A DNA stretch of 64,000 nucleotides from Christensenellaceae bacterium (lineage in GTDB: Bacteria > Bacillota > Clostridia > Christensenellales > SZUA-584): NCBI GenBank assembly GCA_963665005.2, contig CAXXTQ010000001.1:1496382-1560381 (forward strand), written 5' to 3'. Shown here one piece after another: positions 37,486-45,603 of this stretch. Numbering within the stretch: the first letter of the stretch is position 1; each line of letters opens with the position of its first letter. A program made the translations under genes and the position numbers. The notes beneath the pieces were generated by a model. The model had not been told where the DNA came from and searched no databases. It saw nothing but the letters and a program-made list of their open reading frames with translations.

Positions 37486-38103
37486 GAGCTATTAAAGCAG
37501 GACGAACCCGAAGCAAGAGAAGTAGCTCTAGCCATTGAGTTATTTACCGATGGCAGCTTAAACACCTTTGCACAGCAGACCAATGTGGATGTAAATAGCC
37601 AATACCTTGTCTATGACATAAAGGATTTAGGCAAGCAGCTACGCACAATTGGTATGCTTGTGGTGCTTGATAACATATTCAATCGTATTACTGAAAACAG
37701 GGCGAAAGGACGTATCACTTTTATCTATATTGACGAGATCTATCTGCTTTTTCAAAATGAGTATTCCTCTAACTTTTTGTTCGAATTATGGAAGCGTGTC
37801 AGAAAGTACGGAGCTTGTGCGACAGGGATTACCCAAAATGTTTCCGACCTTTTAGTATCACATACGGCTAGGACAATGCTTGCTAACAGCGAGTTTCTTT
37901 TGATGATGAATCAAGCTCCGACAGACAGGATTGAGCTTGCTAATCTAATCAACATCAGTGAAGCACAGCTATCCCACATAACGGATAATGAAAAAGCAGG
38001 TATAGGGCTTTTGAAATATGCAGGGAGCATCGTGCCTTTTGAAGATGATTTTCCACGACATACAAGGCTTTATAACTTGATGAATACAAAAATTGGTAAA
38101 TAA
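37486..38103 (+). pseudogene. VirB4-like conjugation ATPase, 3' fragment (Walker B onward)
   Basis: In frame from 37486: ELLKQDEPEAREVALAIELFTDGSLNTFAQQTNVDVNSQYLVYDIKDLGKQL...RITFIYIDEIYLLF (Walker B)...GITQNVSD. There is no start codon or N-terminal domain of its own. Confidence 0.85.
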
Positions 38104-38215
38104 AATAGATTCATAGGCAGGGTATTTTTCCCCCTATCTATGAATCCTACATCTTTAATTAAAAAATTAACAACAATAAGGCTTTTGCTTTCAGAAGTCT
38201 TTTTTTGTACAAAAA

Positions 38216-40108
38216 ATGAAAGGAGAGCCTATGGACAGACCAAAAACCAAACCCGTAAATACCACCCCAAGAGTGCTTAAAAAGACAGTACGAACAGTTA
38301 AAGGATTGAAAAGTGGTGTTGAAAAAACGGTAGGTACAGTAAATATGGCTAAAAAAGCTCATCACAAGCTAACGGAGCATATGCCAAGTGAAAATGAACA
38401 TCACAGGCCCGAAGAATATATGACTGATAAAATCAGCGAAAAAGCATCATATTCGGCAAGAAAGGTCGGCGGCAAAGCTACGGAAGGAGCAAAAAAACTC
38501 GCTAAAAAGGGTGTTAAGAAAGCATTGGACAACAGCCGTGTAAAGAAAAAAGCAAAAAATGATGAAAAGTTTAATGCGGATGTAAAAAAAGAAAAGCAAG
38601 CTAAAACTAAAGATTCATATAAAACAGCAAGAGATACTCATAAATCCAATGTTTCAGCAAAAACAAGTCAAAAACATAATGCGGAAATAAACATGCTGCA
38701 TACTACCGATAATTCTAAGAGAATCGCTAAGGATGCTATACATACGGGAAAAAAGACCAATAAGACAGTAAAAGCATCTAAAAAAACCATGAAATCAACC
38801 AAGAAAGCAGTGAAGACAACAAAAAAAGGCGTAAAGACTGCTGCTAAAACTGCTAAGATATCAGCAAAAGCGGCAAAAAAAGCGGCTGTGATTGCAAAAC
38901 GTGCGGCCGTATTGACAGCAAAAGCAATTAAGTACACAGTAAAGGCGGTTATTGTTGCAGTAAAAGTTGCAATAGCGGCTATAAAAGGGTTAATCGCTTT
39001 AATTGCCGCAGGCGGCTGGATTGTGATTATTATTATACTGATTATTGCTGTTATTATGCTAATTATATCCTCGCCCTTTGGCGTATTTACCAATGATACG
39101 GATGGAACAACGCCGACCATTTCAGAAGTTGTACAGGAAATCAATGAAGAGTATATAACTACAATCAACAATATTGTCATTAGTGCTGGGGATGTGGATG
39201 AAGTTATTGTTGAAGGGGAAACGGCATCATCAGACTTTACTCCGACCAATTGGATAGATGTTTTGGGTGTGTTTTCCGTTAAGTCAACCATGAATGATAA
39301 TCCAGATGAATATATGGATGTCCTGTTTATGGATGATATAAAGATTGAATCGTTAAAGGAAATATTTTGGCAAATGAATAGCATTTCATATGAGATACAA
39401 GAAGAAATGGTACCAATGCCCACATCTACACCAAGTCCAATACCAAACCTTAATACTACATCTATGCCCAAAACATCTTTGGCCCATGCACCAACACCCG
39501 AAATTATACGCACACTGATTGTCACAATGGAGGGCAAAACCTATGAGCAGGGAGCAGAAATTTATAGTTTTACTGATGAACAACAAGAAATCCTTGAAGA
39601 ATTAATGTCGCCATATTATATATCCTTGTACATGGAACTATGCGGCATGGATACATTCAACGGATTGACATCTGAGCAATTGTCGAAATTGGTAAAAGAT
39701 TTACCACAAGGAGAATTAGGTTCTGTTATTGTAGAATATGCTTCAACGAGGTTGGGACACCCATATAGCCAAGAAAAACGCGGACAAGGTAATTATGTGG
39801 ACTGCTCGTATTTCGCACGTTGGTGTTATCAGCAAGTGGGCATCACTACTCTGCCCGGAACAGCAGCAGCACAAGCACGATATTGTATTGATAACGGATT
39901 AACTATTGCAAAGTCTGACTTACAGATAGGCGACCTTATTTTTTGGTCGTTCAATACCAATGGACGATTTATGAATGTAACACATGTTGGAATCTATGCT
40001 GGGGCTGGATATGTGATAGATGCGTCATCTTCTAGGGGAATGGTTGTTTATAGGCCAATTTTCGGTGAACGAAGTATTGTAGCCTGTGGTAGACCACATG
40101 TTAAATAG
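38216..40108 (+). CDS. Conjugative-element cell-wall hydrolase (K-rich N-terminus, TM segment, C-terminal NlpC/P60 domain)
   Basis: The catalytic context is NYVDCSYFARW (Cys) and VTHVGIYAG (His). A long Lys/Ala-rich region and a TM segment (GGWIVIIIILIIAVIMLII) precede it. The start may be ATG 38231. Confidence 0.8.
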   Translation: MKGEPMDRPKTKPVNTTPRVLKKTVRTVKGLKSGVEKTVGTVNMAKKAHHKLTEHMPSENEHHRPEEYMTDKISEKASYSARKVGGKATEGAKKLAKKGVKKALDNSRVKKKAKNDEKFNADVKKEKQAKTKDSYKTARDTHKSNVSAKTSQKHNAEINMLHTTDNSKRIAKDAIHTGKKTNKTVKASKKTMKSTKKAVKTTKKGVKTAAKTAKISAKAAKKAAVIAKRAAVLTAKAIKYTVKAVIVAVKVAIAAIKGLIALIAAGGWIVIIIILIIAVIMLIISSPFGVFTNDTDGTTPTISEVVQEINEEYITTINNIVISAGDVDEVIVEGETASSDFTPTNWIDVLGVFSVKSTMNDNPDEYMDVLFMDDIKIESLKEIFWQMNSISYEIQEEMVPMPTSTPSPIPNLNTTSMPKTSLAHAPTPEIIRTLIVTMEGKTYEQGAEIYSFTDEQQEILEELMSPYYISLYMELCGMDTFNGLTSEQLSKLVKDLPQGELGSVIVEYASTRLGHPYSQEKRGQGNYVDCSYFARWCYQQVGITTLPGTAAAQARYCIDNGLTIAKSDLQIGDLIFWSFNTNGRFMNVTHVGIYAGAGYVIDASSSRGMVVYRPIFGERSIVACGRPHVK

Positions 40109-40550
40109 GGAAGGTAGAGATGTATAAAAAGAGAAAAAAATAATGGCTATGGTTATTGTGACCTATGCCATTATTTTTATTATAGTAATTGGATTAATAT
40201 CATGGCTTAGTTGAGACAAATAAAAAAACATAAAGATACAAAATAATTGGGCATACGCCAATAACATATTTGAGTTGCAGATTAAAAAACTATAAATAAT
40301 ATGCAAATTCAAACTGGGCAACCAACATAATATGATATAAATAGTTATAATTGTTTTGTAAGACATAAAAACTTTTTTTGTCTGTTCCGAATGAAAGGGA
40401 AATTATGTTGCTACTATTGATTATTGGATTGAATAAGGAAGAAATTGAAGAAATTACAAAAAGTATTATGAATATCGTAGCTTAATGAGGATTATTGCAA
40501 TGAAGTATGTAAAGAAGGAAAACTTCTGATTTTGATTAAAAAATAATTTA

Positions 40551-40583
40551 TCGTCATATTTTTCTCTGTTTGTGTGTCTATAT
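40551..40583 (+). promoter_or_regulatory. Conserved 33-nt promoter-like motif, copy 1 (upstream of the sigma factor gene)
   Basis: TCGTCATATTTTTCTCTGTTTGTGTGTCTATAT is 28/33 identical to 42655..42687, with the same 25-nt offset between TCGTCA and GTCTA. Confidence 0.5.
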
Positions 40584-40710
40584 TTATATAAAGAGTTTTA
40601 AATAACGCTCAAGATTAAGCATAAGTTACATAAAAAGTATGCAAATCTATATTAACGTGTGGTAAAATATGTATGAGAGGGTGAAAGGCAAACAAATTGG
40701 GGGTTAATAA

Positions 40711-41238
40711 TTGCATAACGATAATAAACTCATTGATGTATTTGCAGCAAAATATACAACACTTTCGAAGTACGCTATTATGATCGTGAAAGATACAAAT
40801 GCGGCTTTGGATGTCATGCAGAATGTGGCGTTAGTTATCGCAACAAAACCATATAAGCTAGATGAAATAAATAAACCAACAGCATTCCTGATAACCTGTG
40901 TACGCCGGGCAGCTCTAAATTATTTAAGAGATGAGTCAAGGGCATATCCAACGGATCCTGCAATACTTGAAGAGATTCATGGCGATGAATATTCATCTGC
41001 CGCCTTAGACTACTTGGAATGGATAATGTTTCTTAATAAATATCTGGAGTCCTATTCTCCTCAACTACAAAGTGCATTTTTCAAGCATTATGTTGATGGG
41101 TATTCATTAGATATGATGGCCAAGGAATTAAATATGACATCAAATGCTTTAGCGCAGCAGTTCAGACGCATGAGAAAGAAAATAGCACAGAGGGCACCTG
41201 GGTATAAAATGCTTTTGATATTTTTATCTTATTTATGA
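40711..41238 (+). CDS. Sigma-70 family (ECF-like) RNA polymerase sigma factor
   Basis: 175 aa with a TTG start. Region-2-like segment (AFLITCVRRAALNYLRDE) and region-4 HTH (GYSLDMMAKELNMTSNALAQQFRRMRKKI). Confidence 0.6.
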   Translation: MHNDNKLIDVFAAKYTTLSKYAIMIVKDTNAALDVMQNVALVIATKPYKLDEINKPTAFLITCVRRAALNYLRDESRAYPTDPAILEEIHGDEYSSAALDYLEWIMFLNKYLESYSPQLQSAFFKHYVDGYSLDMMAKELNMTSNALAQQFRRMRKKIAQRAPGYKMLLIFLSYL

Positions 41239-41261
41239 GAATTGTACGGGAGATGTAGTTT

Positions 41262-42119
41262 ATGTGGTGGCGGTTAGAAAAAAAGATTTTATTTGATCAT
41301 CCTTATTTCGAATGTAATCCTGAGGTTGTATTATCTCGTAAAGAAGCTGAGAAAATGTTCAGTGCTGGATTTCCTTCTTTTACCAAAATGATTGATGGAG
41401 CAAAAGAGCGGTTTGATGTGCCTCAAAACACTTGGGATAAGTTTGATGAAGTTGTTCAGTCAAAGGATAACAAATCTCGTCCTAGTTTTATTGCAGGACA
41501 TAAGCGATTAGCTATAGCCTTAATGGTCATACTCCTTGTGATTTCGTTTTTCGCACTTATACCATTTGGCAGAGCTCTTGCAATCGACTTTTTTGATATG
41601 ATCATGAAGATAATTGATGGACGGATTGAAATCACTTCTGAAAATCCTGACTATGAAAGGTATGAGTATTTCAATTTGGTTGCGGAGCAATACAATCAAG
41701 ATAATGAAAGCGTATCTGATTCAGATGATAATGAACCGGTATTTTATCCTGATATAGATAAATTTGCATCAGAGACCGGATTTACTCCAGTCACGATTTC
41801 TGCGGATTGGCTTAAATGTCAGACGATCCAAAGCTTAGATAATGAAGAACAGGGGTTGATAATAACAATCCAATATTTAACACTGGACGGTTTTCTCGTT
41901 GTGGTTACACAACGTTGGGATACGCAGCAAAACATCGCTTTTCAGACTGAAAATTCAACATATAATAAAGCGACGATATTTGGGAACACAGAATTTCTTT
42001 ATGCAATAGACCCTGTCGATGGTTCCTTTTCTGGAACCGCAGTATTAGATAGCGCATTATTAATCATTGGCGCAGAGAAGGGTGTCGATATTGAGGAATT
42101 GTTAAAAATTTTAAATTGA
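41262..42119 (+). CDS. Single-pass membrane protein, putative anti-sigma factor
   Basis: Follows the sigma gene after 23 nt. It has a cytoplasmic N-terminus, one TM segment (LAIALMVILLVISFFALIPF) and an extracellular C-terminal domain. Confidence 0.45.
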   Translation: MWWRLEKKILFDHPYFECNPEVVLSRKEAEKMFSAGFPSFTKMIDGAKERFDVPQNTWDKFDEVVQSKDNKSRPSFIAGHKRLAIALMVILLVISFFALIPFGRALAIDFFDMIMKIIDGRIEITSENPDYERYEYFNLVAEQYNQDNESVSDSDDNEPVFYPDIDKFASETGFTPVTISADWLKCQTIQSLDNEEQGLIITIQYLTLDGFLVVVTQRWDTQQNIAFQTENSTYNKATIFGNTEFLYAIDPVDGSFSGTAVLDSALLIIGAEKGVDIEELLKILN

Positions 42120-42128
42120 GTTATTTTA

Positions 42129-42151
42129 GCGCCCTGCATTAAGCAGGGCGC
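42129..42151. terminator. Bidirectional terminator hairpin between convergent genes
   Basis: GCGCCCTGC-attaa-GCAGGGCGC, a perfect 9-bp stem. Confidence 0.65.
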
Positions 42152-42163
42152 CTTCTAATGGCA

Positions 42164-42550
42164 TTAAGAAATGGAATAGTATTTGTTTGTTCCATCTGAT
42201 TGTGTTTCGCCTATATACCAGGCATATAATTTATAATATCCTGGGCTTAACGTAACAGTTCTTCGCGCTATAACATAAGTTCCATAATCACTTGCGCTTC
42301 CTGACGTCACATAGGTATAAGACCCATTTACATATTTATATAGTGTAAAACCAACAGTAACATTTTCCGGCAGCGATGCGGTTGCGCTCGCCCAAGGACG
42401 ATAAGTTGTACCGGATACATGGGTCAGACCGCTCGAGAGCCCTACCATAGCACGTGTTGCGATCTTTTCGTCTGTTGCGGCAAAAGCAGTACCAGTGAAC
42501 GATAGACAAAGCAATAGGACTAATGTTAAACAAATTAAACGTTTCTTCAT
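42164..42550 (-). CDS. Small secreted Tyr/Ser/Thr/Gly-rich protein, unknown function
   Basis: 128 aa with signal peptide MKKRLICLTLVLLLCLSFTGTAFA and a beta-rich-looking mature part. Confidence 0.6.
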   Translation of the reverse strand: MKKRLICLTLVLLLCLSFTGTAFAATDEKIATRAMVGLSSGLTHVSGTTYRPWASATASLPENVTVGFTLYKYVNGSYTYVTSGSASDYGTYVIARRTVTLSPGYYKLYAWYIGETQSDGTNKYYSIS

Positions 42551-42654
42551 TTTAAGTCTCCTTAGTATATTTATAATAATTACCCCTAATTAATAAGACA
42601 CGTCAGCAAGAGGAAATATGACGCTGAAATTAAAATTATAAAAATTTATTTTTT

Positions 42655-42687
42655 TCGTCATATTATTCTGTTTTGTTGTGTCTATAT
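42655..42687 (+). promoter_or_regulatory. Conserved 33-nt promoter-like motif, copy 2
   Basis: TCGTCATATTATTCTGTTTTGTTGTGTCTATAT. It points toward the gene at 43102 through a leader of about 400 nt. Confidence 0.5.
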
Positions 42688-42798
42688 ATTAGGGTAAAAG
42701 AAATTGAAATTAATTTAAACAAATGATGAAAAGCGGCGATACTAAATGATTATATTTAGGAGAGTAATTTTGAAATAAGTATCAGTAGAATTTTAAAT

Positions 42799-43087
42799 GC
42801 AGGCTGCATGTAAGTGTACCCCCATACACAACCATGCAGTCTGCCATCTCCTATATAAGGGAAACGGAGTAAAACTCCTATTCAGGAGATTTACGATATG
42901 GACAAGCTCTTTTTAAAAAAGGCAGGTGAGGCTTAATGAAGGTATAAAAAAGTCCTTGCAAAAACCAATGGTGTCAACCCTACCGTAGTGCTACGGTAGC
43001 AGGCTTAGCAAGGACTATAAGCATGATGATAGCACATTTTAAAGTAAAAAACAAAAGACGATATTCACAAATAGTTTAATTTGTGAA
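42799..43087 (+). promoter_or_regulatory. Highly structured 5' leader with a 12-codon ORF
   Basis: Hairpins at 42799..42844, nested 42951..43016 (inner perfect 9-bp stem 42980..42999) and 43064..43087. Mutually exclusive GGAGT/ACTCC and CTCCT/AGGAG stems lie at 42866..42888. The ORF MDKLFLKKAGEA is at 42898..42936. Confidence 0.45.
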
Positions 43088-43101
43088 AGAAAGGATATAT
43101 T

Positions 43102-43509
43102 ATGAAAAAGTCTAGATTAGGAAAAATGATGATACTCGTATTGGCTGTTGTTATGGTGTTTGCATTTGCAACGACGGCGTTTGCAGCAGTCTACGATGAA
43201 TACAAGTACAATGAAGATGTAACGGGTGGCGCGTCGGATTATCAGTATGGTGCTAACAGAGACGAGTACAATTCGATGGATGTGTATCCGATTGCCATTG
43301 ATTGGAATGGTCAAAGCGGCTGGAAGTTTAGAGGATATTGCTCTTCTGATGGCTCTTATGGCACTGTGTTGAAATCAATATACTCTACGGCTACTTATTG
43401 TGCCAGTTACACTTCAGGATCTTATGGTGACCGCTACTATATGAAAATGAGCATTGCTAGCCCTAGTAGTAGCGATAAATTGACATATTCGGGGTACTTG
43501 TACTTCTAG
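43102..43509 (+). CDS. Small secreted Tyr/Ser/Gly-rich protein, unknown function
   Basis: 135 aa with a signal peptide ending AFAAV. Confidence 0.6.
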   Translation: MKKSRLGKMMILVLAVVMVFAFATTAFAAVYDEYKYNEDVTGGASDYQYGANRDEYNSMDVYPIAIDWNGQSGWKFRGYCSSDGSYGTVLKSIYSTATYCASYTSGSYGDRYYMKMSIASPSSSDKLTYSGYLYF

Positions 43510-43634
43510 TCATCAAATGCTCTGATATGATCTAACAACGGTATATATGCTTGCGGTTATGTGGTAAAACCTATATAGCCGCAAGTAATTTCCTCTATGA
43601 TGTGGGGACTTGAACTTTGAAATAGGAGAAAAAT

Positions 43635-45056
43635 ATGGATAAATTGAAATTGAAAGTAAAGAATCTAATCATTATTTCTCTATTAATGGTAACGTTGATT
43701 CTTATGACTGCGTGCCAGCCAACACCTAAAATCCAGCCTGTTGTTGGGGTTAATGACGAAACTATGAAACAAATCTTATCTAGTGGCGTTGACTATAACG
43801 ATTTCGATGAACACGGAAACCAATATGCTTTCAAGGAAATCAAAGTGCCGGATCACATAACAACCGACTATAAAGAATGCGGCAAAATGAATCTGGTGTT
43901 TAATGCAGATGTCATCATACCAAACACGACTGCATATCCCGTAGTTGAAGCCGGAAAACGGGTTTTTTCAGATGAACAACTTCTCGATCTAATTGAAAGG
44001 TTTGCTGGAAGTAGTGATGAATTGTATTCCACGTGGAATTTGACTAAACAAGATTGGTTAGATAAGCAAATACAGTTCAAAGAAAAAGACCCTGAAGGGA
44101 AGCTGGCGCCATATTACTTAGAGTATTTGCAGCAGATGTACGATGATGCTGATGAAGAAGTTTATAACGAAGTCGTTGAAATCTCGGATTTGCCAACAGA
44201 AACAACTTCACAAATATTTGTTAGACAAGATAACGGTACAGTGGCATTCTTTAGAATAGCAAGAGATGATAATAGCTTCGTATATTATAGAGATATGTTT
44301 ATGAGTCCCGCTACGGCTAGTCTATATAAAGATGAAAACTTCAATCCGGAGTTTGATACAATCGAGCAATTCAGTTGGCGACAATCAAAGGAACCAGAAA
44401 TATCGCAAGAGGACGCATATGTGCAAGCATTAAAATACATTGATGAGCTAGAAATCGATTTAGATTTGTTGGAGGCTGAGACATGTGCGTTTCTAGTTGA
44501 TGTCGTAGGCAAAAGTGTTGGATGGACATTTACCTTTACACGCAAATTGTCGAATGCACAAGTTCAATTCGACAGTCGCGGATTCATTGTTGATGATGAA
44601 GCGATGCCGAGTTATGGAGCGCCTTGGGATGTAGAATTATGTAAGATAGGCATTGATAAAAATGGGCTCTGTTTTCTTGAATACTATGGGGCATCTCAAA
44701 TAAACAAAGTGGTTATGGATACTGTTGAATTGGAACAGTTCGATACGATACAAAAAAGAGTCGAGAACCAACTCAACTATATCTACGGAACATCGACTCG
44801 TGGTAATGATGTTGGACTTGATATCAAAATATCAGATATTAAATTAGGGACAAGCCTCATATCGGTAAAGGATCAAACTGAAAAAGGGATATATATTCCG
44901 ACTTGGTATGTAGACTATTATATAAAGTGGAGCGACGCAGATGAAGATGAATGGGAGTTGAATACGATTATATTCAACGCTATTGATGGTAGCTATATTG
45001 AACCAAGAGTCACGAATCAAAAAATAATGAGTATTGTTTTGAAACAACGTTCGTAG
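43635..45056 (+). CDS. Lipoprotein, unknown function (paralogous to the extracellular domain of 45604..48162)
   Basis: Lipobox LMTAC followed by QPTP. It shares ACQPTP, F(S/T)(D/Q)E(Q/D)L and YIP(T/V)W blocks with the BlaR1-like protein. Confidence 0.6.
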   Translation: MDKLKLKVKNLIIISLLMVTLILMTACQPTPKIQPVVGVNDETMKQILSSGVDYNDFDEHGNQYAFKEIKVPDHITTDYKECGKMNLVFNADVIIPNTTAYPVVEAGKRVFSDEQLLDLIERFAGSSDELYSTWNLTKQDWLDKQIQFKEKDPEGKLAPYYLEYLQQMYDDADEEVYNEVVEISDLPTETTSQIFVRQDNGTVAFFRIARDDNSFVYYRDMFMSPATASLYKDENFNPEFDTIEQFSWRQSKEPEISQEDAYVQALKYIDELEIDLDLLEAETCAFLVDVVGKSVGWTFTFTRKLSNAQVQFDSRGFIVDDEAMPSYGAPWDVELCKIGIDKNGLCFLEYYGASQINKVVMDTVELEQFDTIQKRVENQLNYIYGTSTRGNDVGLDIKISDIKLGTSLISVKDQTEKGIYIPTWYVDYYIKWSDADEDEWELNTIIFNAIDGSYIEPRVTNQKIMSIVLKQRS

Positions 45057-45130
45057 TATTTAATGCGCGAACTGCGAAAATCTGGGCATAAAGAAAATTA
45101 CTAAAATGTTACGATTTTATTAAAAAACCC

Positions 45131-45181
45131 TTGACAAATAGAATTACGTGTTGTAACGTAAAAATAGCTACAATGCGTAAC
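45131..45181 (+). promoter_or_regulatory. Promoter with dyad operator upstream of the BlaI-family gene
   Basis: TTGACA at 45131..45136. Dyad TTACGT-gttgta-ACGTAA at 45144..45161. A related half-site TACAATGCGTAAC is at 45169..45181. Confidence 0.5.
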
Positions 45182-45204
45182 TAAATCAAAAAGGGGTTTG
45201 GAAT

Positions 45205-45600
45205 ATGAGCGAATACGATACGATATCCGAAAACGAATGGCTGGTCATGGAAATACTATGGCGGGACGGCGAAGTGAAAAGTTCAACGGTAACGGCTGAG
45301 CTAAAAGAGAGTAAGGGCTGGGCGAATGAAACAGTTCGTACCTTCTTAAATCGGCTGATCAAAAAAGGAGTTGCGGCTGCAAGACGGGATAAAAGGGCTA
45401 AAAGAACGTACTGGTACTATGCTGCCATATCCAAAGAAGATTATATCGCCTATCAGACCAAGGGACATTTGAGGCGCTATTATAGCGGACAATTACCGCA
45501 ATTAGTCGCAGGACTCTTAAAAGATGAGCATGTCAGTGAGAAGGAGCTTCATGAGATCGAAAACATACTTAAACGCCATGCGAACAAAAACGAGGATTAG
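45205..45600 (+). CDS. BlaI/MecI/CopY-family transcriptional repressor
   Basis: The N-terminal winged helix begins ISENEWLVMEILW..., with TVRTFLNRLIKKG further in. The protein is 131 aa, and the gene is 3 nt upstream of the M56 sensor gene. Confidence 0.85.
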   Translation: MSEYDTISENEWLVMEILWRDGEVKSSTVTAELKESKGWANETVRTFLNRLIKKGVAAARRDKRAKRTYWYYAAISKEDYIAYQTKGHLRRYYSGQLPQLVAGLLKDEHVSEKELHEIENILKRHANKNED

Positions 45601-45603
45601 ATA

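Larger units (their letters stand above)
6940..40108 (+). mobile_element. Remnant of a Firmicutes-type conjugative element (T4SS module), 5'-truncated and interrupted by the insertion 11312..37485
   Basis: Collinear order of coupling-protein fragment, Maff2, VirB6-like, PrgI-like, VirB4 and NlpC/P60 hydrolase. No relaxase, integrase or replication genes belonging to this backbone are in the window. Confidence 0.75.

Noticed and set aside
38560-39010. Repetitive-looking Lys/Ala/Thr-rich stretch as a tandem repeat or array
   Set aside because: It is low-complexity coding sequence inside the hydrolase ORF (KKxxK repeats). There are no spacer-repeat periodicity and no exact DNA repeats.
38668-39537. 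289-aa minus-strand ORF
   Set aside because: It is antisense to the hydrolase gene. The long open frame is a by-product of the biased Lys/Ala codon composition.
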